64,000 nt of DNA from assembly GCA_964347835.1 (NCBI GenBank), contig CAYFZR010000068.1, positions 8,030-72,029 on the forward strand, read 5' to 3'. Under the pieces are notes generated by a model. It was not told the DNA's origin and ran no database searches. It saw only the letters and a program-made list of their open reading frames with translations. Source of the stretch: an uncultured archaeon (GTDB lineage Archaea > CAYFZR01). Positions 39,543-49,920 of the stretch are shown one piece after another. The translations under genes were made by a program, and so were the position numbers. The first letter of the stretch is position 1. Every line of letters starts with the position of its first letter.

Positions 39543-41001
39543 ATCACATGATATAGAAATATCGCCCATAGACTTATACTTTAACTTAGACAAAAATAAG
39601 GAAACCGGTTATTCCTATTTGTTGGAGTCTGTAGAAGGCGAGGAGAGGATAGCAAGATTTTCGTTTATCGGAATAGACCCCCCGTTCTTTTTAAGAATAA
39701 ACGGAAATAAAGTTTACATAGAACTATTTGATATGGAATATAAAGATTCCTTAATCGAAAGATTAGAAACGGTTTGCGAGTCTTATCAACGTGAGGAAAA
39801 TAAATTATTTGGAGAACTTGGGAATAAATTTGATACCCTCGATGCTCTCCGATGTTTTACCCTAGATTTAAATGGAAAAAACCCATTTAATAGGCAATCA
39901 TTTTTAGGAGGATTAGTAGGATACGTCTCCTACGACATAGTAAGGAGATGGATAGACTTTAAACCGAGAAACTCACCCCAACCAGATGCTGAATTCCTTT
40001 TTATGGACAACTCACTTGTCTATGATCACGCAAAGAAAAAATTGTACGTCTTTACCATAAAGGACAATTTCCCAGATATAGAGAGAATTTTGGAGAAAAC
40101 AAAGCCATTGAACAAAATAACAATTCCTAAAAGATATAAGAGCAAACCTTACAAAGAGAATATGTCTAAAACAGAGTTTATGGAAATAGTAAGCCGTGCA
40201 AAAGAATATATTTATGCAGGAGATATTTTTCAGGTGGTTTTAGCAAGAAAAATGTGGATGGAGTCAAAAACGGATCCTTTCTTTGTCTACCGCGTGCTTA
40301 GAGAAATCAACCCTTCCCCCTATATGTACTTCATGAAATTGAATGATCTAGCGGTTATCGGATCGAGTCCAGAGACCTTAGTTACGATGTATCGGAATAA
40401 GATTACTACAAATCCTATTGCTGGAACGAGACCAAGAGGCAAAACCGAGGAAGAAGACCAAAAAAACCAAGAAGACATGTTAAACGATCCTAAAGAATTG
40501 GCAGAGCATGTTATGCTTGTAGACTTAGGAAGAAACGACATAGGAAAAGTTTCTAAGCCAGGAACTGTCAGATTAAAAGAATATATGAATGTCTCGAAGT
40601 ACAGCCACGTTATGCATATCGTTTCTCTTGTGGAAGGAGAAATGAAAGAAGATTCCGATGTCTTTCTGGGATTTAAGGCAGTATTTCCCGCGGGTACGGT
40701 TTCGGGTGCCCCAAAAATTCGAGCAATGGAGATAATCGACAAATGCGAGTCGGACAGAAGAGGTATATATGCGGGAGCCTTAGGTTACTTCTCGATCGAT
40801 AAAAGTGCTGATTTTGCAATAGTTATCAGAACAATAACGATGAAAGATAACGTAGCGACTGTGTACGCGGGCGCGGGCATTGTAGCGGATTCAATTCCGG
40901 AGAACGAATGGTATGAAACTGAAAACAAGATGCTTGCTTTATTAAGATCTGTTGAAATAGCAGAGAGTTTAGAAGAAGAAAATCGTTCTATTATTAATTA
41001 G
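39526..41001 (+). CDS. trpE: Anthranilate synthase component I
   Basis: 'GDIFQVVLARK', 'PKIRAMEIID', 'GIYAGALGYF' motifs. Confidence 0.9.
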   Translation: MEINYKSHDIEISPIDLYFNLDKNKETGYSYLLESVEGEERIARFSFIGIDPPFFLRINGNKVYIELFDMEYKDSLIERLETVCESYQREENKLFGELGNKFDTLDALRCFTLDLNGKNPFNRQSFLGGLVGYVSYDIVRRWIDFKPRNSPQPDAEFLFMDNSLVYDHAKKKLYVFTIKDNFPDIERILEKTKPLNKITIPKRYKSKPYKENMSKTEFMEIVSRAKEYIYAGDIFQVVLARKMWMESKTDPFFVYRVLREINPSPYMYFMKLNDLAVIGSSPETLVTMYRNKITTNPIAGTRPRGKTEEEDQKNQEDMLNDPKELAEHVMLVDLGRNDIGKVSKPGTVRLKEYMNVSKYSHVMHIVSLVEGEMKEDSDVFLGFKAVFPAGTVSGAPKIRAMEIIDKCESDRRGIYAGALGYFSIDKSADFAIVIRTITMKDNVATVYAGAGIVADSIPENEWYETENKMLALLRSVEIAESLEEENRSIIN

Positions 41002-42124
41002 ACTTTAACTTTAGAATTTCGTAATTTTTTATACCCGTTTCAACAATCCTTCTCTCCAATGGTAGTTTTTTATCATCCCTGTATAGCCCGTAATTTTTCA
41101 TAGAATGGCCAACTTGAGTCGAGATAGCATACATTAAATCTCTAATCCTGTTTTTCTTATCCGATTCTAACTCAATTTCAATCCCATTATCTAAATCCTG
41201 AATCAGTAACCTCACCACGTCTTCATCGTTTCTGGGTTTGATGTCCTCTGCGATCTCTAATTTTTCGACGTTGTCCATCCATAAATAACTCAATTCTATT
41301 AGTATTTTCTCGAGATTATCATGCATATCCAATTTAGCATGTATTACTTGGGTCTCTCTTGGATCAATTCTCTTTATTTTCCATTTCTGATGATGTATTT
41401 GAAAATCATTTGTTGTAGGAAGATTTATTTTAATGTTTACATTTTCAGCCGGGATTTTACCGACATTCGATACCCTTATCTCTAATGATAAGAAGGATTT
41501 TTCGACGTAAGGATATCTTTTACAACTCAAAATTAAATTTGGTCGCCATCCTTCCAACATACTCCTCTTACGTTGTCTAATCTCATGACAAAGATCTCTG
41601 ACTTTTTCGTTATTTAATGCCACAAAATAAAAGGCGTATGGCTTCCACAGGTTATTAAAGACACAATCCAACACGAGTCTTTTTTCTTGCGCCCATCCAT
41701 CCATAACAGACTCGTAGGGTATGGATATCGAAATATCCTCCGTCATAAAAGATAAATGCTCTTGTTCAAGTTCAAAAAAGCCTTTTTTCTTTCCGAGTCC
41801 GGTGAGTAAGTATGCCTGTTTTTTGTTAGATTTTCCATTAAAATTTAAAAGAAATTTCCTTTTAGCAGAATAAACTATGTCTCTTACCAAAAGAGGGTCC
41901 TCATCTAAGATTAAGTAGTTATATGTTTTTAATTGATTGTCTCCAATGGCTGAAATAGCGATTTCCTGTTTATTATTCCCTACAGCAATAATCTCCTCAT
42001 ACTTTATATGATGAGATGTTGTGAAGGAGTCAAAATGAATTTTTTTCTTTCTTAGTTCTAAACTTCCGTCAATATCATTTAAACCCGAATTAAATCTTAC
42101 ATTATACTTTCCATACGAAAACAT
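41001..42124 (-). CDS. Hypothetical protein, antisense insertion inside the trp operon
   Basis: ~374 aa if started at the internal Met (MFSYGKYN); the ORF-track start at 42316 would overlap the nitroreductase gene; no recognisable motif. Confidence 0.45.
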
Positions 42125-42239
42125 TCTTTTTCCCACTTTTAAAAATGTAAAAACAACTATAAAACAGTTTTTAAGACAGATGTCAGACTCTAACTGGAAA
42201 ATAGAAGAAAATATGGGGTTAACGATGGTTAAGATTAAA

Positions 42240-42755
42240 TTATAACAGCCATCGTATTCTCTCGTTTTTGAACCTTTCAGGTAGCTCCTTGAACACATCG
42301 CCTTCAGGATAGCCAAGGGATACTATGCTTAAAGGAACGATATTATTTGGAGTTTCAAGGACTTCTGCAATAGCTTTAGTTCTCTCTTCATTCGGATAAA
42401 CTCCGAGCCAGACTGATCCAATACCCAAAGATGTAGCGGCTATGAGCATGTTCTGGGTTGCAGCTGAGCAGTCCTGAACCCAGAAATCCTCTTTGTACCT
42501 CGAAAGTCCCTTGTCAGCACAAACAGCTATCGCCAGAGCAGCATTTCTTAACATTTTACCGTAAGGATGGATTTCAGCAAGTTTTACTAGCAAATCTCGA
42601 TTTCTGATAATTATAAAATTCCAAGGTTGCTCTTTTCCTGCTGAGGGAGCATACATCGCAGCCTTAAGCAGTATTTCAATCTTTTCATCTTCTATTTCCT
42701 TTTTTATATATTTTCTAACACTCCTCCGCTTGAATATCGCTTCTATCGCATCCAT
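42240..42755 (-). CDS. Nitroreductase-family protein
   Basis: 'IFKRRSVRKY...AAMYAPSAGKEQPWNFIII' signature. Confidence 0.8.
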   Translation of the reverse strand: MDAIEAIFKRRSVRKYIKKEIEDEKIEILLKAAMYAPSAGKEQPWNFIIIRNRDLLVKLAEIHPYGKMLRNAALAIAVCADKGLSRYKEDFWVQDCSAATQNMLIAATSLGIGSVWLGVYPNEERTKAIAEVLETPNNIVPLSIVSLGYPEGDVFKELPERFKNERIRWLL

Positions 42756-42879
42756 TCAGATCACCTATCTCTTATTCTCCTAAGAACCTATAACTCTTAT
42801 CCATTGAATTTCCGTAAAGTATTTATAATCGTAAACTCTGTCCAATTATAAACATTAGTGATTAAAAATATACATTGTA

Positions 42880-43455
42880 GTGGTAGAAATGCGCATACTG
42901 GTTATTGACAACAAAGACAGTTTTGTTTACAATCTTGTAGATTATATTTCTAGTCTCGGTACACACGTTAAGATCGTAAACAACGATTTCGACCTTAAGG
43001 TGGTAGAAAAATTTCGGCCAGATGGTATAGTAATCTCTCCTGGACCGGGTACTCCAAAGGACACGGGTAACGCTATTACAATGATTAAAAGATACTCTAA
43101 CATACCTACCCTTGGCGTATGCCTTGGTCATCAAGCAATAGCAGTAGCCTTTCAAGGAAAGGTTAGTAGGGGAGATGAACCAGTTCATGGAAAGGCTTCT
43201 CTGATATATCATGACAAGAAAACGATATATCAAGATCTACCAAGTCCCTTTCTCGCTGGCAGGTATCATTCTTTAGTTGCCAAAGAGCCCATTCCAGAAT
43301 GTCTTGAAATTTCTGCTCTTACTGAAGATTCCGTGATAATGGGTCTGAGACACAAAGAATATCCTATCGAGGGGGTTCAATTTCATCCGGAGAGTGTTCT
43401 AACTCCCTTGGGAATGAAGATCATTCAAAATTTCTTGGATGTAATAGAATGTTGA
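42880..43455 (+). CDS. trpG: Anthranilate synthase component II (glutamine amidotransferase)
   Basis: 'GVCLGHQ' catalytic Cys and 'FHPES' motifs. Confidence 0.9.
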   Translation: MVEMRILVIDNKDSFVYNLVDYISSLGTHVKIVNNDFDLKVVEKFRPDGIVISPGPGTPKDTGNAITMIKRYSNIPTLGVCLGHQAIAVAFQGKVSRGDEPVHGKASLIYHDKKTIYQDLPSPFLAGRYHSLVAKEPIPECLEISALTEDSVIMGLRHKEYPIEGVQFHPESVLTPLGMKIIQNFLDVIEC

Positions 43456-44171
43456 ACGAAATACTTCAAAAAAATTCCGGAAGGGAAATAATAGACAGAG
43501 AAGTACCTGAAAGATCGATGAGAAGTCTTAAAAAATCTATAGACGAATTAAAACCCATTAAGAATCCTATTATAGCCGAAATTAAACCTAAGAGTCCCGA
43601 TGAAAAAGAATTCCTACGCGTAGATGTGGCAGGTTTGGCTAAAAATTTTGAAGAATTTGCTGTAGGAATATCTGTACTCACAGAGCCTTTCTTTTTCAAA
43701 GGTGATCTCTCTTACCTAAAGATAGTTCATGATAACGTGAGATTGCCTGTTCTTAGGAAAGATTTTATCCTTTATAAAGACCAAATAAAGGAGTCTGCTT
43801 CTCTTTATGCCGATGCCGTTTTATTAATCACAACCTGCTTGGGAGAAGAATTAGGTAAAATGCTTGATGAATGTGAAAAATATGGGTTAGAGGCTTTAGT
43901 AGAAGTACAAAACGAAGAAGAAATTGATTTAGCATTGAGTTTTGGCTCTAATATTATCGGTATAAACAACCGTGATTTAAAAACATTAGTCATCGATAAA
44001 TCAAAAACGATTAAATTGGCAGGTTTGATTCCAAATAAAGTCACAAAGGTTGGTATGAGCGGTTATTCGAAAAAAGAGGAAGTTAATGAGGCTTTAAAAT
44101 ACGTGGATGCTTTGTTGATAGGAAAAAGTTTAATGAAGAATCCTGATAAACTAAAGGAGATGATTTCGTGA
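43449..44171 (+). CDS. trpC: Indole-3-glycerol phosphate synthase
   Basis: 'IAEIKPKSP', 'LRKDFI' motifs. Confidence 0.85.
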   Translation: MLNEILQKNSGREIIDREVPERSMRSLKKSIDELKPIKNPIIAEIKPKSPDEKEFLRVDVAGLAKNFEEFAVGISVLTEPFFFKGDLSYLKIVHDNVRLPVLRKDFILYKDQIKESASLYADAVLLITTCLGEELGKMLDECEKYGLEALVEVQNEEEIDLALSFGSNIIGINNRDLKTLVIDKSKTIKLAGLIPNKVTKVGMSGYSKKEEVNEALKYVDALLIGKSLMKNPDKLKEMIS

Positions 44172-45355
44172 TATTGCCCAATGACCAAGGAAAGTTCGGA
44201 GAATTCGGTGGCAGATTTGTCCCTGAGATTCTTATGCCTGCTTTGAAAGAACTAGAAGATACATTTAAAAATTGTATGAAGGATGAGGAATTCAAGAGGA
44301 AACTAGATTATTACAACAGGGAACTCGGCGGAAGACCTACGCCATTGTACTACGCTGAAAACCTTACCAAGCAAGCAGGTGGAGCGAAAATATACCTAAA
44401 AAGAGAGGATTTAGTTCATGGAGGTGCCCACAAATTAAACAATACATTGGGACAGGCCTTACTCGCAAAATACATGGACAAAACTCGTATAATTGCCGAG
44501 ACAGGGGCTGGTCAGCACGGTATTGCAACAGCAATGGCCTCTACTGCATTAGGATTAAAATCTGAGATTTATATGGGCGAAGAAGACGTGGAAAGACAGA
44601 AACTCAACGTATTCAGAATGCATCTAATAGGGGCTGAAGTACACCCAGTTAAGAGCGGATCTAAAACTTTGAAAGACGCTATAAACGAGGCAATAAGAGA
44701 CTGGGTAACCAACGTGGAGACCACGTACTACATGATTGGTTCTGTAGTTAGCGCACATCCCTATCCCATGATAGTAAGAGAATTCCAGAGAGTAATTGGT
44801 AGAGAGACCAAAGAACAGATTCTAAAGAAAGAAGAAAAAATGCCAGACGTAATTGTCGCTTGTGTTGGGGGAGGAAGTAATTCAATGGGCATATTTTATG
44901 ATTTCATTGATGAGAAAACAAGATTAATCGGAGTAGAGGCAGGCGGATTAGGTATAGACGCTAGAAAACACTCAGCAAGTTTATGCGCAGGAGAATTCGG
45001 TGAGTTGCACGGAGCACTAACATATATTCTTCAAGATGAATACGGGCAAATACAGATATCTCACAGCATATCAGCAGGCTTGGACTACCCTGGTGTAGGA
45101 CCGGAATTGTCTTATTTGAAAGATACTAAAAGGGTTGAAACAACATATGTTTTAGACAGCGAAGCATTAGAAGGTTTTCAACTTCTATGCAAGACTGAGG
45201 GAATTTTACCAGCATTAGAGCCTGCTCATGCCTTATATCATGCTTTTAATCTTGCCAAGAATATGGACAAAGATCAAATTATAGTCGTCAACTTATCAGG
45301 AAGGGGAGACAAGGACGTGCACACAGTAGGAAACGCACTTGGGGTTTCGCTATGA
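44168..45355 (+). CDS. trpB: Tryptophan synthase beta chain
   Basis: '[13 protein letters not shown]...[15 protein letters not shown]' PLP-Lys motif. Confidence 0.95.
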   Translation: MILPNDQGKFGEFGGRFVPEILMPALKELEDTFKNCMKDEEFKRKLDYYNRELGGRPTPLYYAENLTKQAGGAKIYLKREDLVHGGAHKLNNTLGQALLAKYMDKTRIIAETGAGQHGIATAMASTALGLKSEIYMGEEDVERQKLNVFRMHLIGAEVHPVKSGSKTLKDAINEAIRDWVTNVETTYYMIGSVVSAHPYPMIVREFQRVIGRETKEQILKKEEKMPDVIVACVGGGSNSMGIFYDFIDEKTRLIGVEAGGLGIDARKHSASLCAGEFGELHGALTYILQDEYGQIQISHSISAGLDYPGVGPELSYLKDTKRVETTYVLDSEALEGFQLLCKTEGILPALEPAHALYHAFNLAKNMDKDQIIVVNLSGRGDKDVHTVGNALGVSL

Positions 45356-46152
45356 TGATCTTTGATGAATTGAAAGAGAGAAATGAGGGCGGACTAATAG
45401 GTTTTATTACTTTAGGAGACCCTCATCCCTCAATGACCTTAGATATAGTTAATTCTTTGAATGTAGACATTATTGAACTTGGAATACCATTTTCAGATCC
45501 CATTGCAGATGGACCTACGATACAGAAATCATCACAGCGTGCATTAAATGCTGAAATGAACCCTGATATGGCTTTTGAGATTGCGAATGAAATAGAATTG
45601 CCCAAAGTATTCTTAACGTATTACAACATAATTTTAAGGCGCGGAATAGAGAAATTTTTCTCTGACTGTGCTAAAGTTAATATGGATGGCGTTATAATCC
45701 CTAACTTACCTATAGAAGAATCTTATGATGTTTTAAAATATTCAGAGGAATATGACGTGGATTTGATATATTTGGCAGCGCCCACTACTACAAACGAACG
45801 CTTACATAAAATCTTAGATGAGGCAAGAGGATTTCTCTACTTAGTATCAAGATTTGGTGTAACCGGAGAAAAAGAAGAACTTTCAGGTTTAACTAGGAAT
45901 TTAATAGGTAGGATAAGTGATTTCACAAGAGAAAAAATTCCTCTTGCGGTAGGATTTGGAATATCTAAGCCCGAGCATGTTTACGAAGTCATCAAAAGTG
46001 GAGCGGACGCTGCCATAGTAGGAAGTGCCTTTGTTAGCGCCATAGAGAGGAATCTAAAGGATAAGGAAAGTATGCTGGAAGAACTTTCCTATTTATCTAA
46101 ATCGTTAAAAAAGGCCGCGATAAAGGGATACAGAGACAGAAATAAAAAATAA
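45352..46152 (+). CDS. trpA: Tryptophan synthase alpha chain
   Basis: '[17 protein letters not shown]' signature. Confidence 0.9.
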   Translation: MMIFDELKERNEGGLIGFITLGDPHPSMTLDIVNSLNVDIIELGIPFSDPIADGPTIQKSSQRALNAEMNPDMAFEIANEIELPKVFLTYYNIILRRGIEKFFSDCAKVNMDGVIIPNLPIEESYDVLKYSEEYDVDLIYLAAPTTTNERLHKILDEARGFLYLVSRFGVTGEKEELSGLTRNLIGRISDFTREKIPLAVGFGISKPEHVYEVIKSGADAAIVGSAFVSAIERNLKDKESMLEELSYLSKSLKKAAIKGYRDRNKK

Positions 46153-46168
46153 AAAGCAGCGTGGCTAT

Positions 46169-46204
46169 GGAACGTGGCTCGTTCCATGCAACGTGGCTCG
46201 TTGC
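46169..46204 (+). repeat. Tandem pair of near-identical hairpins (GGAACG-TGGCT-CGTTCC and GCAACG-TGGCT-CGTTGC) ~17 nt after the trpA stop
   Basis: Read directly; a third copy (GCAACG-CGGCT-CGTTGC) lies at 61178..61194; a partial 'GCGTGGCT' just upstream. Confidence 0.7.
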
Positions 46205-46337
46205 ATCCGCAAATTTATCCAAAATTAATTTATCACTGATAGAAGAGAGCTGTTTCTACATATATGGGGGTTTAGAAAGGGGGTGATAAGGTAGGATAGA
46301 ATAATTTCAGTATAAGATTAAATATTACCCCCTTCTA

Positions 46338-46943
46338 TTAGCATATTTCACCTTCGCCGATTTTTCTTCCGTGTTCGATTCCTGCTTTGACTGTCTTGAA
46401 CAACTGTCCGCCATAATCCCCGTAAGTTTCTAACAAAACCCTGTTAATTGTGTCTTCTTTGAGGGGCGGGAGTGATAAAGAAACAGCCATACCGAATAAG
46501 AACATGTTTCTCACTTTCGGTACGTCGGTAAAGTCTTTCATAGCCTCGTTCGTGTCTACAATAACGAGTCTTACATTTTTTTTCTCTGCTTCAGCCTTAA
46601 TATCTCTGAGCCAATACTTCGACATTGCACTCGATGTATCTACTATCGCACAACCACCCTCAGTCATCTCTTGAATAGAATAAGCGGGTCTTCCTACAGG
46701 ATCTATCATTATCAGGGTTTCTGCTCCCTCAGTTCTTTCTGTTGTAGCGATAGAATACTTTTCTTCACCGCTTCCCAGGAATGGCGGAATCAACAATTTT
46801 CTTCCTACGGCGCCTCCTGATTGTGGTTGTATTCTTCCAACGAGTTCATATCCGTCTTCTGCCATAACTTTCGCCATTACTTGGGTTATGTGAGTAAAAC
46901 CACTTCCCTTACTCCCGATTACAACTATGTCTTTCCTGGCCAT
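46338..46943 (-). CDS. POR-gamma-like protein (pyruvate/ketoisovalerate oxidoreductase domain-III-like, divergent)
   Basis: 'IVVIGSKGSGFTHITQVMAKVMAEDGYEL...TLIMIDPVG' loosely parallels PorC 'IRFHGRGGQGAVTA..LAEAAFLEGKYV...DVVVVLDP'; a weak assignment. Confidence 0.4.
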   Translation of the reverse strand: MARKDIVVIGSKGSGFTHITQVMAKVMAEDGYELVGRIQPQSGGAVGRKLLIPPFLGSGEEKYSIATTERTEGAETLIMIDPVGRPAYSIQEMTEGGCAIVDTSSAMSKYWLRDIKAEAEKKNVRLVIVDTNEAMKDFTDVPKVRNMFLFGMAVSLSLPPLKEDTINRVLLETYGDYGGQLFKTVKAGIEHGRKIGEGEIC

Positions 46944-46947
46944 AAAA

Positions 46948-48087
46948 TCACGTCCTTAATACGGATGGAAACGCAGTGTCCACGATTTCAGGCAATGTAT
47001 AAACATCCATTTCAACTTGAGCTTCTTTTACTCCGTCTCTTAGATTTTTCTTGCATAGAGGGCATGTCGTAACTAAAGTAGTTGCTTTTGTTTTAGTTGC
47101 TTGCATTACCCTCAACCAAGCCACTCCCTTCATGGCTTCTCTTTGGTGTAATCTCAGCGAACCCCCACAGCACCTAGTCCACTTTCCTTTCCTCAACATT
47201 TCTTTCATTTGCAACTCAGGTATCTTCCGAAGCACCTTCCTAGGCTCCTCAATTACCTTCATTGGTCCTGTCACTAAATGGCAGGAATCGTGATAAGTTA
47301 CAAGTTCATTGATTGGATTCTTAAACTCGAAAATATTTTCTTCTAAGGCCCTAGCCATAATCTCTGAGTAATGGAAAACCTCATAGTTTGTCTCTCCGAC
47401 CAAGAATTCGTAGTCATGATTGAGAACTAAGTAACATGTTGGGCAAAGGGTAACCACGAAATCAGGATCATATTTTTCCAGATTTTCAACGTTCCTTTTC
47501 GCCATCTCTTCTACATCATTGTCGTGCACTCCTGCTCTTATTAAGATGGAAGTGCAACAAGCTTCGTCTTTGAATGCCTCTACGTCCAAACCAACCATCT
47601 TCATCGTCTTTAGAGCGGCGATAGAAGAATCAATGTCTTCGTAACTCATTACACACCCTGTAAATAACAAGCCCCTTCCGAAAAGGTCTTTGCATTCCGA
47701 AGTAGGTTCTGAATCTACTTTTACTTTTTTAACCCAGTCCAATCTTTTCTCTTTATCGAAACCGTATTTCTTGGGATAGGGGTTTCCCCTCTCCATGACA
47801 TCAATTTTGATTTCTTGCAGTCTTGGAATTGGTCTGTAAGTTCTTACGTCTTCGATCAGCGGAAAACCCGCGATTGCGTAAGGACAAGAGACCTCGCAGG
47901 AATTGCAGTTCATACAATAATTTATTACTTCGTTTGCCTTATCGTACTCACCTACCCGCATGTAGGTATGCATCAGCCTCTTGGGTATGTCTACTGGACA
48001 GCGTACCTGACACATGGTACATCCTACGCATTTATTATGATATTCCATGATCTGTTCAGGATCTAGAATTTTTCTTATGATACTCAT
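46948..48087 (-). CDS. HdrD/GlcF-like iron-sulfur protein (2x[4Fe-4S] ferredoxin motifs + 2 CCG domains)
   Basis: 'CVGCTMCQVRCP', 'CMNCNSCEVSCP', then Cys-rich CCG-type regions ('ACCTS', 'CPTC', 'CCGG', 'CPLC'). Confidence 0.8.
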   Translation of the reverse strand: MSIIRKILDPEQIMEYHNKCVGCTMCQVRCPVDIPKRLMHTYMRVGEYDKANEVINYCMNCNSCEVSCPYAIAGFPLIEDVRTYRPIPRLQEIKIDVMERGNPYPKKYGFDKEKRLDWVKKVKVDSEPTSECKDLFGRGLLFTGCVMSYEDIDSSIAALKTMKMVGLDVEAFKDEACCTSILIRAGVHDNDVEEMAKRNVENLEKYDPDFVVTLCPTCYLVLNHDYEFLVGETNYEVFHYSEIMARALEENIFEFKNPINELVTYHDSCHLVTGPMKVIEEPRKVLRKIPELQMKEMLRKGKWTRCCGGSLRLHQREAMKGVAWLRVMQATKTKATTLVTTCPLCKKNLRDGVKEAQVEMDVYTLPEIVDTAFPSVLRT

Positions 48088-49109
48088 AGCACATCCACCT
48101 CTAGGAGCTTGGCATTGATCTCCTGTAGTGTCCTTTTGGCACTTCCCACGAGAGGTACATCTGCCATTTCTATACTAGCTGCCAGTGGATCTAAGTTAAT
48201 CGATATCAAGCATTCTGTTTCAAATTTAACCGCAAAGAGATCCCACGACAGACCGACCATCACAACTGCCTCTGCCTCTACAAAAACGCCTGAACTTACT
48301 CCAGTAGATATAAAACCTTCTGTTTCAGGGAATTCGGATGCATGTCTGGTGCAGTAAAGTCCTACTTCCTTATTATACTTTTCTCGAAGTATCCTTGCTA
48401 GTTCCCTTACCTCTGTAAGCGATTCTGCTCCAAGAACGGATGGCCATCCTGGTAATCCTCTGCGAGCCTTATCAGCGCCAACTACTCCCTTACCAACAAT
48501 TATTGCCACACTATCAGCCATCTTTAAGTATTCTACCGCTTCCTCCACCTTAGATGGATCAGCATCTCCGGGTACAAAGGGATGCTCTCCGATGACTTCT
48601 AAATCAAGGCTTGAGGCTCCTTGCATTACTATGTCTTCGGTTACGATTACTGCTGCCAATCTATGTTTGGAAAAAGTTTCTTCAAAGGCCTTATTGATTG
48701 TATCGGATAATTCAGCCCTGTTTTTTGGAATATAAGTAATTACTCCAGACTCCTCTAAAATCGTTGGAAGAGAAGCGGTGCACACATAAGACCCTCTCCC
48801 ATCTATATCAAGACCGACTATCATCACTCCTGGTGTGCCTACTTCCTCTGTTATAAACTGATAAGCCACGTTAACTCCTTTGTCTTTAATAACAGCGCAT
48901 CCCTTTTTTCCGCACTGACCTGCTCCAATAACTATTCCAACCGCATCTGCCTCGTTTGATACGAACAACACAGGAACGTCATCGCCCAACGCTCCTTCCA
49001 TGATGGCGTTTTGAGCGGAATTTAAGGGGTATCCGGGTAGAAGTGTTACTACATCAGGTTTTATCTCCTTTAAGGTATCTACAATTATGTCGTTTCCAAC
49101 CTTGAACAT
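48084..49109 (-). CDS. TPP-dependent enzyme, Pyr (N-terminal) + central domain (acetolactate-synthase/POX-like, lacking the PP domain)
   Basis: 'LLPGYPLNS...NEADAVGIVIGAGQCGKKGCAVIKDKGVNVAYQ' (TPP_enzyme_N) then 'AVEYLKMADSVAIIVGKGVVGAD' (TPP_enzyme_M-like). Confidence 0.65.
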   Translation of the reverse strand: MFKVGNDIIVDTLKEIKPDVVTLLPGYPLNSAQNAIMEGALGDDVPVLFVSNEADAVGIVIGAGQCGKKGCAVIKDKGVNVAYQFITEEVGTPGVMIVGLDIDGRGSYVCTASLPTILEESGVITYIPKNRAELSDTINKAFEETFSKHRLAAVIVTEDIVMQGASSLDLEVIGEHPFVPGDADPSKVEEAVEYLKMADSVAIIVGKGVVGADKARRGLPGWPSVLGAESLTEVRELARILREKYNKEVGLYCTRHASEFPETEGFISTGVSSGVFVEAEAVVMVGLSWDLFAVKFETECLISINLDPLAASIEMADVPLVGSAKRTLQEINAKLLEVDVL

Positions 49110-49122
49110 GAAATCTCCTCCA

Positions 49123-49650
49123 TTATATAGAAATACAATTGGCTATGATCAATTTTGTTCCTGGTATCTCTTTTGCCTTTTTACATGCCTCTTCAAGTTC
49201 TTTATAGTCATAAACCGTCGTACAGTAAGGTAAATTTAATGACTTGCCCAATGCTTCATAATCTATTCCAAGAGATGATGGAGTTATTTGTTGTCCTCCA
49301 GTCATGCTCCAAGAAGAATCGTTTAAAACAATTATGGTCAGTCTCTTGACTTTTTCTGGATTCATGGCTGCTGTCATCAAAGAATTGAAGCGCAGTCCAA
49401 AACCTCCGTCGCCAATTACGCAAAATATCTCGCCTTTCAGACTATCATTAACTACGCTGTGACCTACTGCCGCAGACAAAGATCCGCCAAGGGCTCCAGA
49501 ACCACCGATGTATTGTCTTTTTGGTATTCCGCACATAAGCGAGGCGATCGTGTTGTCACCAAGGTCCACACAAACTCCGTCTTCATGATCCATTGCATCG
49601 ACCAATCCAACAAGAATATCGGGCATTTTTTGAAGTTTCTTCGCTTGCAT
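49123..49650 (-). CDS. TPP-dependent enzyme, PP (C-terminal TPP-binding) domain only
   Basis: 'GGSGALGGSLSAAVG...FCVIGDGGFG...IIVLNDSSW' GDG-(x)n-N TPP motif; 175 aa with no Fe-S Cys cluster. Confidence 0.7.
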   Translation of the reverse strand: MQAKKLQKMPDILVGLVDAMDHEDGVCVDLGDNTIASLMCGIPKRQYIGGSGALGGSLSAAVGHSVVNDSLKGEIFCVIGDGGFGLRFNSLMTAAMNPEKVKRLTIIVLNDSSWSMTGGQQITPSSLGIDYEALGKSLNLPYCTTVYDYKELEEACKKAKEIPGTKLIIANCISI

Positions 49651-49920
49651 ATATTCCCTCCCTTCAAAGAGTATAATTAAAAATGAATACTGAAATAAAA
49701 AGATTCCTCTTTTGGCTCAGAAAATGTAAGGTATAAAGTTGTCTGGAAAATTGATTCAAATGGTTTAAGGGTAAGAGAGTTTGATATAATGTTTTAGAGC
49801 TTGAACATCTTCTGTAACTTTTGTTCATAAATTTATTATTGTAGCACTATAATAATCAAAATGTCAATCGATCTAATTTAGCCAAAAATGCTATAATTTT
49901 TTAAAAGGGATGATTTAAAG

